The notes beneath the pieces were generated by a model, which saw nothing but the letters and a program-made list of their open reading frames with translations, was not told where the DNA came from and made no database searches. A stretch of 63,982 nt of DNA, filler included, from an uncultured bacterium (GTDB taxonomy: Bacteria; Auribacterota; CAZIXI01): the NCBI GenBank assembly GCA_964543115.1. It is 8 parts of 8 records of this genome, joined end to end, with 100 filler letters (N's around TTAATTAATTAA, not from the genome) between each part and the next. Parts side by side here need not be neighbours in the genome. Positions count along the whole stretch, not along the records: positions 17,680 to 26,411 come from CAZIXI010000147.1; positions 26,512 to 35,139 come from CAZIXI010000148.1; 6 more parts are not named here. One strand, given 5' to 3'. The position numbers were made by a program, and so were the translations under genes. Each line of letters opens with the position of its first letter. Position 1 is the first letter of the stretch. Positions 22,301-31,507 of the stretch are shown here, one piece after another.

Positions 22301-25300
22301 GCGTTGGTTCCGCTATTCCACCGGGCCGTTACAAAGCGGCGGCACATACACGCAAAAGCACAACATTGGAACGCAACAGCAATATTGATGCCGTGAGTGT
22401 AGAAATTGTTGAGGACCCCCTATTCACCCGCGGGACGATTATTGGTAAGGTATTCTGGGACCAAAATGGCAATGGTATTCAGGATTCGTCGCTCGTCGCT
22501 CGCCTGCCCGCCGAAGCCTTGGCGAAGGCGGGTCGCTCGTCGCTCACAGAAAAAGGCATATCGGGAGTAAAGATATATACCGAGTACGGTGTTGTTGTAA
22601 CAACTGATGAAGATGGCAAGTATCACATAGCGGATGTGCCGGCCGAGACTCACCTGCTGAAGGTGGATCCCTCTACTCTGCCCCCTGATGTAACGTTCAC
22701 AACCGATAATCCGTACGTGGTAGAGATAACTGAGGGATTACTGGCCAAAGTAAATTTTGGGGTTAAACAAACTGACCCGACTGAAGGAGAAAGAAGCAGA
22801 GAAGTAAAGAAGCAAAGGAGTAAAGATCTGCTATCCAAATTCTTCATTGTTGCATTGGGGGAAGGAACAGTAAGAAACCTGAATACTTCTGGGAATATCG
22901 ACATGGTGGACAAGGACGATCGGTATGATGATGGAGTAAAAGTGGATGGACGGTTGGCATTTTACTTAAAAGGCAAGGTACTGGGAAAGTACCTAATCAA
23001 GGCCTGTGTGGATACGGAACGGCTTCCAGGTGGGCGCTACCGCAGTAAAGACATGTTTACCAATCTTGACCCTTACAAATATTACCCGGTTTACGGCGAT
23101 GCCAGTGATGTTGATTACAGCGGCATGGACACCCAGGACATCGCCTTTGTCTTAATTGAATGGGACGAATCTTTTGCTAAATGGGGTAATTTTCATACCA
23201 GCATACCACTGTATAAACGCTCGCTTAACGGTGGAATTATTAATTATAAATCCGTCGGTAAAACCAAATTCGGTGATCCCTGGACCATTATAAAAGGATT
23301 CGGTGCCACCAGCCGGCAAAAGGCCGCCCATGATGAATTTGTGGGTACGGGCGGCAGTCTCTATTACCTTCGTCATGAAGATGTGATCGAAGGATCAGAA
23401 AAAATAAGGGTAGAAGTGCGGCACCGGATCAGTAAAACCGTGCTGCGCACTATTTCCCTGGCCGAAGAAATGGATTACGAAATAGATTATGACAGCGGCC
23501 GAATCATCCTGCGTAAACCGCTAAACGGCGTACAGCAATCTTATAGCGGCAGTATTGTCTCCAACAATATGTTAATGGGAGAACAGGTTTACCTGATTGT
23601 AGATTATGAATACTATAATGAAGGGCTCAGTGAACAATCCTGGGGCGCGCGCGCCAGTCAACAGCTCGGACCCTATCTCCGGGTGGGCGGCACCTATGTG
23701 CAGGAACAAAAACCCGGTGACCCTTATAAAATTTATGGGGGTGACACAACCCTAAAATTTAATGAAACAACTGCGATAAATGCCAGTTACACCCACAGCC
23801 AGGAAACACAGTTAAGCAGCACAACCAGTTTTGACGGCGGTCTGACCTCTATCCAACAGTTCGACACCTTCAGCAACGGTAAAGACGGTAATGCTTTTAA
23901 CATTGAAGGACGCACCCGGCTGTTTGACAACACGGACATACTCCTTTCCTACTCCAGACAGGACCCGTATTTTTCCGCTACCGACAGTATCAGCCAGCAG
24001 GGATCGAAAAAATATATCGCCGAAGTAATCAGCCGGCTGACAGAATACCTGGAAGCGGGTGTCAGACACGTAACCATAAAATACCTGGAAGAAGTCACCG
24101 CCACCCAGACCTTTGGCGACCGGGACGTACACGTAACCACCGGCACCCTGGATTACCGTAAGGGAAAATGGGACCTGCGCGGAGAGTACCAGCACCAGCA
24201 GGTAAAAAATCCGGCGACCAATTACACCTATTTCGGCACGGTACCCTATCTAAACAATGATTTCCTGGCCGCCCGCATCGGCTACCAGCTCTTCTCCTGG
24301 CTGCACCCCTATGTCCGCGGCCAATTAACCGTTCGCGGCAAAGCAAATAACCAGGGGACAGTGGGCGCGGATATAAAATTATGGAAAAGGATATTTATCA
24401 ATATCGCCGAAACCGTCGGCAACCTGGGTAACAGTACCCTGCTTGGGGTAACGGCCCGGGTCAATGAAACCACCGATGTCTACACCAACCTGGAAATAGG
24501 CAACAATTTGTGGCTGGGCCGTTATACCAAAACAACCTACGGCCAATCCTGTCTTCTGGGACCGGACAGCCGGGCCTATGTGGAAGAAGATTACAGCAGT
24601 TACCAGGAAAATATTGTCCGGGGTACGCTACTAGGATACGATAAAAAAATAGCCGACACCCTGGCCCTGGGCCTGACCTACGAGCGCAGCGACCTCTATC
24701 AGCGCGGTAACGCCATTAACCGGGACAGCGGCAGTGCCGCCCTCACCTACCTGAACCAGGAATGCCTGGAAGGACTAAAGGCCTACACCAAGCTGGAATG
24801 CCGAAACGACCGGGGCACAAACGAGGTGCGGCAATGGTTCACGGAAAACGATTTTCTCTGGCGGCTGACCAGCGGCCTGACCATATCCGGCCGGGGTAAC
24901 TGGGGCTGGTCAGAGAACCGTTCACTTAAAACAGATCTAGCGGAATTTTATGAAGTGGGTACAGGTTTCAGCTTGCGGCCGAAATACTGGGATAAATTAA
25001 ACATTCTTGGTAAATACTGTTACCTCTCCAACCTGCCGCCGGCCAGTCAGTGGGATTTTACGGAAACCTCGGAATCCCGCCGGCAGATATACGCGCTTGA
25101 AGGTATTTATGACCTCTTCCGCTATCTGCAGCTGGTAGCTAAAGCCGCCTACCGGAGGCTGAAAGAAAAAGTCGGCTACAGAGACTGGACAGACAGTGAC
25201 ACCTATCTATATATCGCCCGCGGTAATTTCCGAATCAGCAATAGCGACACCGAAAAACCTTTTATGTTACGCGGCTGGACAGTGGGTCTGGAATATCGCA

Positions 25301-25482
25301 TACTTCACAATAATCAGATCGAAGACAGCAAAAAAGGCTGGCTGATCGAAATGTATAAAGATATAGGCAACTACCTGCGTTTCGGCATCGGCTATAATTT
25401 TACGGACTATGATGACGACCTGCGCAACGCTGATAACTGGGATAGTAAAGGTTGGTTTGTGAGAGTTAATGGAAAATATTAA
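19342..25482 (+). CDS. Large surface protein, 2046 aa: signal peptide, acidic/Pro-rich linker, PKD domain, DUF1565/right-handed beta-helix, DUF11, SdrD-B-like domain, large C-terminal beta-barrel
   Basis: Signal peptide MDRKSIVFALTFLLIFSLG; PLTVNFDGSGSSDPDGSISSYSWDFGDG (PKD); YVDPVNGNNSNDGS..PWKTIT; repeated ISNCTI.NN...GGG; DLDG..R...DLGCYE; IEKTVNKKRAQIGEVVTY; GKVFWDQNGNGIQD; alternating strands ending WFVRVNGKY. ATG 19342 preferred over TTG 19330. Confidence 0.85.
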   Translation: MDRKSIVFALTFLLIFSLGFPSPLFSELTQQKTIVTVVEGKVLCFEYPEGIPEDDVRIAAFVKMLSKYTCKIIVDDERYNAYIPQESRQKLKGRLKSGMLLLTVFNIRRIHGTSWDIVGIAEDIESGKKYEEGVVSAAEPEEVSDILDEALKEDSEPAAEKQEQETIIQEETFIDPVTPDPDIETDINEDEETEGEGEGPVIDEEELQEEENEPVVPPEPEPPAPTPTPGAPTAAILANPTSGAAPLTVNFDGSGSSDPDGSISSYSWDFGDGNSTTGATASNTYTAEGTYTATLTVTDNEGLSDSATVSITVSATALYFYVDPVNGNNSNDGSNLNPWKTITYALTQVTGGTINLTAGNFNTASGETFPLFMNTAVDLTGAGSSNSIIDAGGTGSVIVCLTVSDVTISGVGITGGSGHEFAPGNGVGGGIAASSSGNLIINNCLIYNNSSTAQGGAIALVGAPTTISNCTIANNSSATGGGIRVSGASNTVTIANCTIENNTASATGGGVSTSSGTTTTISNCTIQSNTAGTTGGGIATASASSTINVYNSTISSNTAITGGGMHCRASSTSTLEDSTLSSNSASSLYDGIFYEGTSLTVNRCILSSHTTNGFAIFASSSANDFTVTNALFNGNTGDISITGQSGASYTITNCTFADTTVSAAASGSIVFPAAGDGTLTVRNSIFTNSAGFGVTDLSAAGSRTINTNYFFNNTSGNYRLSSVGTLNTSAALNTVGSNNIGSDVAVALVFKGSQDWHLSSSNPSGATGVLDNPNVSNAPSVDLDGRSRDSTPDLGCYEFVTGDPPITCWAYDSVTRQALSAPVIGIYQANGTQVAVSTSNPHTFNVIPGRYFLAVAKDGYAFPSQIKAATTPGDHGDIFEAGSQPLTIDIPLDPDGWLYIEKTVNKKRAQIGEVVTYNIKVQNKHWFKSVSNVELVDEIVNGLKYVSGSTYSGRVKIADPVVSGHKAVFDIGTVNNNSTVNYSYQVRVGSAIPPGRYKAAAHTRKSTTLERNSNIDAVSVEIVEDPLFTRGTIIGKVFWDQNGNGIQDSSLVARLPAEALAKAGRSSLTEKGISGVKIYTEYGVVVTTDEDGKYHIADVPAETHLLKVDPSTLPPDVTFTTDNPYVVEITEGLLAKVNFGVKQTDPTEGERSREVKKQRSKDLLSKFFIVALGEGTVRNLNTSGNIDMVDKDDRYDDGVKVDGRLAFYLKGKVLGKYLIKACVDTERLPGGRYRSKDMFTNLDPYKYYPVYGDASDVDYSGMDTQDIAFVLIEWDESFAKWGNFHTSIPLYKRSLNGGIINYKSVGKTKFGDPWTIIKGFGATSRQKAAHDEFVGTGGSLYYLRHEDVIEGSEKIRVEVRHRISKTVLRTISLAEEMDYEIDYDSGRIILRKPLNGVQQSYSGSIVSNNMLMGEQVYLIVDYEYYNEGLSEQSWGARASQQLGPYLRVGGTYVQEQKPGDPYKIYGGDTTLKFNETTAINASYTHSQETQLSSTTSFDGGLTSIQQFDTFSNGKDGNAFNIEGRTRLFDNTDILLSYSRQDPYFSATDSISQQGSKKYIAEVISRLTEYLEAGVRHVTIKYLEEVTATQTFGDRDVHVTTGTLDYRKGKWDLRGEYQHQQVKNPATNYTYFGTVPYLNNDFLAARIGYQLFSWLHPYVRGQLTVRGKANNQGTVGADIKLWKRIFINIAETVGNLGNSTLLGVTARVNETTDVYTNLEIGNNLWLGRYTKTTYGQSCLLGPDSRAYVEEDYSSYQENIVRGTLLGYDKKIADTLALGLTYERSDLYQRGNAINRDSGSAALTYLNQECLEGLKAYTKLECRNDRGTNEVRQWFTENDFLWRLTSGLTISGRGNWGWSENRSLKTDLAEFYEVGTGFSLRPKYWDKLNILGKYCYLSNLPPASQWDFTETSESRRQIYALEGIYDLFRYLQLVAKAAYRRLKEKVGYRDWTDSDTYLYIARGNFRISNSDTEKPFMLRGWTVGLEYRILHNNQIEDSKKGWLIEMYKDIGNYLRFGIGYNFTDYDDDLRNADNWDSKGWFVRVNGKY
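22486..22545 (+). repeat. In-frame palindromic insertion flanked by TCGTCGC heptamers
   Basis: TCGTCGCTCGTCGCTCG-CCTGCCCGCCGAAGCCTTGGCGAAGGCGGG-TCGCTCGTCGCTC; translates within GIQD-SSLVARLPAEALAKAGRSSLT-EKGISGV. Confidence 0.8.
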
Positions 25483-25560
25483 TTATTTGTGGCTATTTTT
25501 CTTTACTTTTAAGTAAAAAAATGTTATAATAATCAATAAGGGCTTGGATAAAAGGCACTT

Positions 25561-26411
25561 ATGAAAAAGGCAGTTTATTATTACTGTTTTAAATGTGTTA
25601 TTTTTTTGCTTTTTTTCTTCTTTTCAGCCAGTCTGTCTGCGGCAACTATAAATGTCCCGGCAGATTATGCCAGTATCCGCACAGCCGTTCTTACCGGCGC
25701 CAGCAACGGCGACACCATCGAAGTGGCCGCGGGCACATACTATGAAAACGTTATCCCGTTTAACGCCAGAGAGAACATTACCATAACCGGTGCCGGCGAA
25801 ACCACAACCATCATCAACGCCCGCGGAACCAACCAGGCATTTATTATTGCTAACGGCAGTGAGAATATATCCATTTCTGGTTTCACAATAGCAAATGGGC
25901 TAAAAATTGGCGACGACGGCGGGCTTATTTACGTTGAAGGGAATTCCACCCTGACAATTTCCGGATGCACCCTCTCCAACGGCACAACTAACCAGGCCGG
26001 AGGCGCTATTGCCGTTACCGGCAGCTCCAGTTCGGTAACACTGGATGATTGCATTATGCGGGAGAATACCGCAAAGAACGGGGGCGCGGTCAGCGCTGCC
26101 AGCGGGGCTACGGTAACAATCACCGACTCCGTTATTTCCAGCAATACCGGAATAAGCAACGGAATCGGCGCGGCTGTTTATTGTGCATCCGCTTCTACCA
26201 TATCCATCTCGGGAACAACCATTTCCAGTAACACCTCTAATAATGGAGGCGGCGCTATTGCCATGATTGGAAGCTCCAGTTCAGCAACCTTAACCAATTG
26301 CACAATCGAGAGCAATACCGCTAACTCTGACGGCGGAGCAATTATAGCCAATAACAGCTCTACCCTTACCGTAACCAACTCTACTATTTCAAGCAATACC
26401 ACAACTGATGC
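25561..26411 (+). CDS. Secreted right-handed beta-helix repeat protein with GGAI motifs (Pmp-like), 3'-truncated
   Basis: Signal peptide ending SLSA-ATINVPADY; repeated GGAI/GGAV with xSxCTIxxN spacing. Confidence 0.8.
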
Positions 26412-26511
26412 NNNNNNNNNNNNNNNNNNNNNNNNNNNNNNNNNNNNNNNNNNNNTTAATTAATTAANNNNNNNNNNNNNNNNNNNNNNNNNNNNNNNNN
26501 NNNNNNNNNNN
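26412..26511. other. Artificial contig-joining spacer
   Basis: N44-TTAATTAATTAA-N44. Confidence 0.97.
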
Positions 26512-26513
26512 AA

Positions 26514-28817
26514 AAAACCGGCAACGAACGGATGTCCTGGGATGCCTATCGGCGTTTTATTGATATGTTCGGTGATGTGGTAATGAAAGTAGAGCACGAG
26601 CATTTTGAAGCGAAAATAAGCGCAGTTAAGAAAAAATACGGCGCTAAGCTGGATACGGATCTTACCACGGCCCAGTTAAAGGAAGTGGTTGCTGAATATA
26701 AGAAGGTTTATCAGAAACACTTGAAAAAACCCTTTCCCAGCAATGCCAAAGACCAGCTGATGGCGGCAGTTCAGGCAGTATTTGAATCCTGGAACATTCC
26801 CCGGGCCGTAACCTACCGGCGGATAAACAAGATTACCGGTCTGTTAGGGACAGCGGTTAACGTCCAGGCAATGGTGTTCGGTAATATGGGCAGTACCTCC
26901 GGTACCGGTGTTGCCTTTACCCGCGATCCGGCAACCGGTGACGGGAAATTTTTCGGTGAGTTCCTGATCAATGCCCAGGGAGAAGATGTTGTTGCCGGGA
27001 TAAGAACACCTGAACCGATCAGTGATTTGAAAAAAGAATGGCCGAACATTTACACTGAATTAGATGGGATCCGCAAACGGTTAGAGAATCATTACCGGGA
27101 TATGCAGGATGTGGAATTTACGATTCAGGAAGGAAAGTTGTTCATGCTCCAGACCAGAACCGGTAAACGGACAGGGCTGGCGGCAGTAAAGATTGCTTAT
27201 GAAATGGTCAAAGAAGGAATGATTACCTCACAGGAAGCGTTAATGCGGATTGACGGCAGTCAGCTCAATCAACTTCTTTTTCCGATCTTTGATGTCCAGG
27301 CTAAGGCTAAGGCCAAGGTTGTGGCCAAGGGTTTACCGGCAGGTCCGGGAGCGGCATCCGGTCAGGTGGTTTTTGCCGCGGAAACGGCAGAGGCCTGGAA
27401 AGGTAAGGGCAAGAAGGTTATTTTGGTTAGACACGAAACTTCTCCGGAAGATGTTGCCGGTATGGATGCCGCCCAGGGTATTTTAACCTCTACCGGCGGG
27501 ATGACTTCGCACGCGGCGGTAGTGGCCAGGGGTTGGGGGAAATGCTGTATAGTTGGTTGCGGCGCCTTGAACATCAGCTACTCTAAGAAACAGATTGCCG
27601 TCGGCAAGACAGTGATCAAAGAAGGTGATTGGCTTTCACTTGATGGTTCCACCGGCGAGGTTATGCTGGGCCAGATAGAAGCCACCTCCAGCCCGGTAAT
27701 TGCCGGTGTGGTGGAAGGGAAGGCCGCGGCGAGGAAAGATCCCATTTATAAAATGTTTATTCAGATCATGAAATGGGCGGACCAATACCGGACGATGAAA
27801 GTGCGCACTAATGCCGATACCCCGAAAGATGCCCTGGCGGCCCGCGAATTGGGCGCGGAAGGTATTGGCCTTTGCCGGACCGAACACATGTTTTTTGAGG
27901 GTGAACGGATCTGGGCGATCAGGGAATTTATTCTGGCCCAGGAAAAGAGTGCCCGGGAAAAGGCCCTGAAAAAACTATTGCCTTATCAGAGAAAGGATTT
28001 TGAAGGTATTTTCAAGGCCATGGACGGTTTGCCGGTAACCATCCGCCTGTTAGATCCTCCTCTGCATGAGTTTTTACCGAATGATACTGCCGGGCAGAAA
28101 GAGATGGCCAGGAGAATGAAGGTCTCGGCGACAAGGATCCAGGATCTGGTAAAGAGCCTGCACGAAATGAATCCCATGCTTGGTCATCGCGGCTGCCGGC
28201 TGTCTATTACCTTTCCGGAACTTTGTGTTATGCAGGCAACGGCTATTATTGAAGCCGCCTGTAACATGGCCAAAAAAGGCGTAAAGGTACTGCCCGAGAT
28301 TATGGTGCCGCTTATTGGTACAAATGCGGAGTTTGATTTTCTGGAAGAAATAATCCGCAAAACCGCCGATGAGATTATTGCCAAGACCAAAAGTAAAATA
28401 AAATATCTGGTGGGAACAATGATCGAGATTCCCCGGGCCGCCCTGACAGCCGATCAGGTTGCCGCCACAGCGGAATTCTTTTCTTTCGGCACCAACGACC
28501 TGACCCAAATGACCTTTGGTTACAGCCGTGATGATGCCGCTGTGTTTTTGCTAAGTTACATAGATAAAAAGATTCTTCCTGATGATCCTTTCCAGACCAT
28601 TGACCAGAATGGTGTCGGTAAACTGGTGGCCACGGCCGTAGCGCTGGGCAGAAAAGCCAGAAAGGATCTTAAATGCGGTATCTGTGGTGAACACGGCGGT
28701 GATCCGGAAAGTGTAAAATTCTGTCATAAAGTAGGTCTGAACTATGTCAGTTGCTCTCCCTATCGTGTGCCAATCGCCAGATTAGCTGCCGCCCAGGCGG
28801 TTTTGGAAAAGAAGTGA
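26514..28817 (+). CDS. ppdK: Pyruvate, phosphate dikinase (5'-truncated)
   Basis: WDAYRRF, GTGVAFTRDP, NAQGEDVVAGIRTP, GGMTSHAAVVARG, GIGLCRTEHMF, SFGTNDLTQ, GICGEHGG. Confidence 0.97.
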   Translation, partial: KTGNERMSWDAYRRFIDMFGDVVMKVEHEHFEAKISAVKKKYGAKLDTDLTTAQLKEVVAEYKKVYQKHLKKPFPSNAKDQLMAAVQAVFESWNIPRAVTYRRINKITGLLGTAVNVQAMVFGNMGSTSGTGVAFTRDPATGDGKFFGEFLINAQGEDVVAGIRTPEPISDLKKEWPNIYTELDGIRKRLENHYRDMQDVEFTIQEGKLFMLQTRTGKRTGLAAVKIAYEMVKEGMITSQEALMRIDGSQLNQLLFPIFDVQAKAKAKVVAKGLPAGPGAASGQVVFAAETAEAWKGKGKKVILVRHETSPEDVAGMDAAQGILTSTGGMTSHAAVVARGWGKCCIVGCGALNISYSKKQIAVGKTVIKEGDWLSLDGSTGEVMLGQIEATSSPVIAGVVEGKAAARKDPIYKMFIQIMKWADQYRTMKVRTNADTPKDALAARELGAEGIGLCRTEHMFFEGERIWAIREFILAQEKSAREKALKKLLPYQRKDFEGIFKAMDGLPVTIRLLDPPLHEFLPNDTAGQKEMARRMKVSATRIQDLVKSLHEMNPMLGHRGCRLSITFPELCVMQATAIIEAACNMAKKGVKVLPEIMVPLIGTNAEFDFLEEIIRKTADEIIAKTKSKIKYLVGTMIEIPRAALTADQVAATAEFFSFGTNDLTQMTFGYSRDDAAVFLLSYIDKKILPDDPFQTIDQNGVGKLVATAVALGRKARKDLKCGICGEHGGDPESVKFCHKVGLNYVSCSPYRVPIARLAAAQAVLEKK

Positions 28818-28915
28818 AGTGAGGAGAAAAGGAAAATAAGGAAGTATGAGAGGTAGGGGGAGTAAGGATAAGGAAATCTTTACTTCTTCACTTCTTCACT
28901 TCTTTACTTCTTTAA
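28814..28915. repeat. Purine-rich then pyrimidine-rich 9-mer microrepeats, an imperfect inverted pair
   Basis: GAAGTGAAGTGAGGAGAAAAGGAAAATAAGGAAGT...TTTACTTCTTCACTTCTTCACTTCTTTACTTCTTT. Confidence 0.65.
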
Positions 28916-28921
28916 AAAATT

Positions 28922-29764
28922 ATGGGACGTAAAGACGCCATTAATCTTTATCTGCGTGACATTGGGGAGATTCCTCTGCTCACCCGGCCGGAAGAAGAGA
29001 AACTAGCCAAGAAGGCCAGAAGAGGAAGCAGAAAGGCTAAAGAAACATTAGTTAAATCCAATCTGCGGCTGGTAGTGGCCATTGCCAAACGCTATTCCAA
29101 CCTTGGTGTTCCTTTCTTGGATCTAATTGCTGAAGGCAATCTCGGTCTGATTAAGGCGGTTGAGAAATACCGTTCGGGCAAAGGGGCTAAATTAAGTACC
29201 TATGCCAGTTGGTGGATCAAACAGGCCATCATTCGCGCGCTTGCCAACCAGGGAAAAACCATCCGCATACCAGTTTATCTAGTAGAAAAGATAGTCACAA
29301 TTGATAAAGCAAAACAGGCGCTAAAACACAAACTGGGCCGGAAGCCGAAGTTACGGGAAGTTGCCAAGAAAGTGGGTATTAAGCTGGAGCGGGTAAAAGA
29401 GATCGAGGCAGTCAGTCATTCCTATACCTCATTGTATACGGCGATAGCCGAAGAGGGGATCGGAGAACTGATTGATGTAATTGAGGATATAGATGTTATT
29501 TCCCCTTCTCATAAGGCTTCCTCAAACATGCTTAACCAGGATATGCTGGATTTGCTGGAAATCCTCAATGAACGTGAAGCAGAAATATTGAGCCTGCGTT
29601 TTGGCCTTAAAGGATTGGAACCCAGAACATTAGCGGAGATAGGAAAGAAATATAAGTTAAGCCGGGAACGCGTTCGTCAAATCGAAAATCGCGCGGTGAA
29701 AAAAATGAAGGTTTTTCTCAAGAAACAGAGACGTGATTTTCAGTCATATTGGGCCAAAAAATGA
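28922..29764 (+). CDS. RNA polymerase sigma-70 family factor, RpoD/SigA-like, lacking region 1.1
   Basis: YLRDIGEIPLLT, NLRLVVAIAKRY, DLIAEGNLGLIKAVEK, STYASWWIKQAI, SRERVRQIE. Confidence 0.92.
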   Translation: MGRKDAINLYLRDIGEIPLLTRPEEEKLAKKARRGSRKAKETLVKSNLRLVVAIAKRYSNLGVPFLDLIAEGNLGLIKAVEKYRSGKGAKLSTYASWWIKQAIIRALANQGKTIRIPVYLVEKIVTIDKAKQALKHKLGRKPKLREVAKKVGIKLERVKEIEAVSHSYTSLYTAIAEEGIGELIDVIEDIDVISPSHKASSNMLNQDMLDLLEILNEREAEILSLRFGLKGLEPRTLAEIGKKYKLSRERVRQIENRAVKKMKVFLKKQRRDFQSYWAKK

Positions 29765-29781
29765 TCAGTCGGAGGGAAGAG

Positions 29782-30312
29782 ATGAATTCAATGGTAATAG
29801 ACGAATTACGTAAAGCGATCAGGGATGTTCCGGATTTTCCCAAAAAGGGGATTATCTTTAAAGATATAACTACATTGATTGCCCGAGGTGACCTGTTCAG
29901 TAAGGCGATTGATGTCCTGGCCGAGAAATATAAGGATCAGGGAATAGAATTAATTGCCTGTATAGACGCGCGGGGTTTTATTTTTGGCGGGGCCCTGGCC
30001 TATAAATTAGGTGTCGGAGTAATCCCGATAAGAAAAAAGGGCAAGCTTCCTTACAAAACAAAAACCGCTACCTATGAATTGGAATACGGCACGGATAGTT
30101 TAGAAATCCACGAAGACGCCATTAAGCAAGGGGAAAAAGTGCTTCTGGTAGACGATCTTTTAGCCACCGGCGGCACGGCTAAGGCAACTGCTGAACTGAT
30201 CCAGTCGCTTGGCGGCAGTCTGGTGGGCATAGCTTTTCTTATTGAGTTAGAGTTTCTTAAAGGAAGGGACAAGTTAAAAGATTTAGATATTTTTTCCTTA
30301 ATTAAATTTTAA
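29782..30312 (+). CDS. apt: Adenine phosphoribosyltransferase
   Basis: IRDVPDFPKKGIIFKDIT, IRKKGKLP, YELEYG, LLVDDLLATGGT. Confidence 0.96.
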   Translation: MNSMVIDELRKAIRDVPDFPKKGIIFKDITTLIARGDLFSKAIDVLAEKYKDQGIELIACIDARGFIFGGALAYKLGVGVIPIRKKGKLPYKTKTATYELEYGTDSLEIHEDAIKQGEKVLLVDDLLATGGTAKATAELIQSLGGSLVGIAFLIELEFLKGRDKLKDLDIFSLIKF

Positions 30313-30329
30313 TACGACTTGTATTTTTT

Positions 30330-31142
30330 ATGCGAGTAATAAGTATAACTTTATTTTTATCTTTTTTTCTGCCCCTATTTATTTTAAATGCCCATGCTGA
30401 CAGCAAAATCGGCATTGGCGTAAGCAGTAAGAATGTGGCGATTGCGAAGTTTAGTGATATTTCCGGTGATGAAAATAACAGTCCGGCGAAAAAGGCTGGA
30501 TTACGCCTTGGTGATATTATCCAAGAAGTAAACGGGGAAAAAGTTGGGAATGTGGCGGATTTTCGAAAAATAATGAAGCAGACAACCCCCGGCATCAGCA
30601 TACCTGTTAAGATAGAGAGGAATGGCCAGGAAAAAACTTTTCAGGTAAAAACGGTTAAGAATTTCACTCCGGAAATAGATATTGTATTTGATAAGCTAAT
30701 AAAAGGTGATCAGGTTTCACTGGCAATTATGGTGGGTGATATTTCTAATGCTGTTGCCGCCCAGCAGCATGCTGATCTGACTGAATGGCGGCGGGGAATT
30801 CGGAGCCAGTTGCTAACTGAAGTGGCCGGAGTTTATACGCAGTTTAAGAAGATGTTTAAAAATTTTTCTTTAGTCACCAGAAGCAGGATTAACAAAGTTT
30901 TAGAAGAATTAAATTTCCAGGCCTCTGATTACATAGACGAAAGTAAAAGTGTACAGGCGGGTAAGCTTGCCGGGGCAAACCTTATTTTGTTAATAGATTT
31001 TAGCCGTACCCCGCGCGCACAACACGAGCATATTGATACTATCGCGAAAAGATTGATAAATGTTTCTACCGGTGAGATATTATCCAGCGTAGCAGTGAAA
31101 CAATATTACGATGCCCGCGGCAACATCCAAAAAGTCGAATAA
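30330..31142 (+). CDS. Exported PDZ domain fused to a CsgG/HfaB/FlgO-like domain
   Basis: Signal peptide; SPAKKAGLRLGDIIQEVNG (PDZ); VTRSRINKVLEELNFQ...GKLAGANLIL...RLINVSTGEIL. Confidence 0.75.
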   Translation: MRVISITLFLSFFLPLFILNAHADSKIGIGVSSKNVAIAKFSDISGDENNSPAKKAGLRLGDIIQEVNGEKVGNVADFRKIMKQTTPGISIPVKIERNGQEKTFQVKTVKNFTPEIDIVFDKLIKGDQVSLAIMVGDISNAVAAQQHADLTEWRRGIRSQLLTEVAGVYTQFKKMFKNFSLVTRSRINKVLEELNFQASDYIDESKSVQAGKLAGANLILLIDFSRTPRAQHEHIDTIAKRLINVSTGEILSSVAVKQYYDARGNIQKVE

Positions 31143-31218
31143 ACACAATTATTAATACTGTTACCTCATATAAGGTAATAGCACTTAATTTCGATTGAAC
31201 TATTAAATTCACGTTAAT

Positions 31219-31250
31219 AAACGAGAAACGAGTAACGAGTAACGAGAAAC
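31219..31250. repeat. Heptamer tandem array AACGAG(A/T)
   Basis: AAACGAGAAACGAGTAACGAGTAACGAGAAAC. Confidence 0.75.
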
Positions 31251-31265
31251 CATAAACGGCTTCTA

Positions 31266-31325
31266 GCCCCCGCCCCTCTTTACGTAAGCGAAGCGCACGT
31301 TTTACTTATAGGAAGGGGCAGGGAG
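31266..31325. repeat. GC-rich imperfect hairpin with an internal GCGAAGC minihairpin
   Basis: GCCCCCGCCCCTCTT...ACGTAAGCGAAGCGCACGT...AAGGGGCAGGG. Confidence 0.5.
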
Positions 31326-31387
31326 GTTAGATCGTGCTTTGAGAGTGATAGAAAATAGATGTTCAATATAGCTTAACGTTAAATCAA

Positions 31388-31461
31388 GCCCCCGTAGCTC
31401 AGTTGGATAGAGCATCGGTTTCCTAAACCGCAGGTCGGATGTTCAAGTCATCTCGGGGGCG
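31388..31461 (+). tRNA. tRNA-Arg(CCT), CCA not encoded
   Basis: Acceptor stem GCCCCCG/CGGGGGC, D-loop AGTTGGATA, anticodon loop TTCCTAA, T-arm GGATG-TTCAAGT-CATCT. Confidence 0.93.
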
Positions 31462-31507
31462 TTTTTTCAAATGCGGAACTCGTGTGAAACGTGGGGGATA
31501 CTAAATT

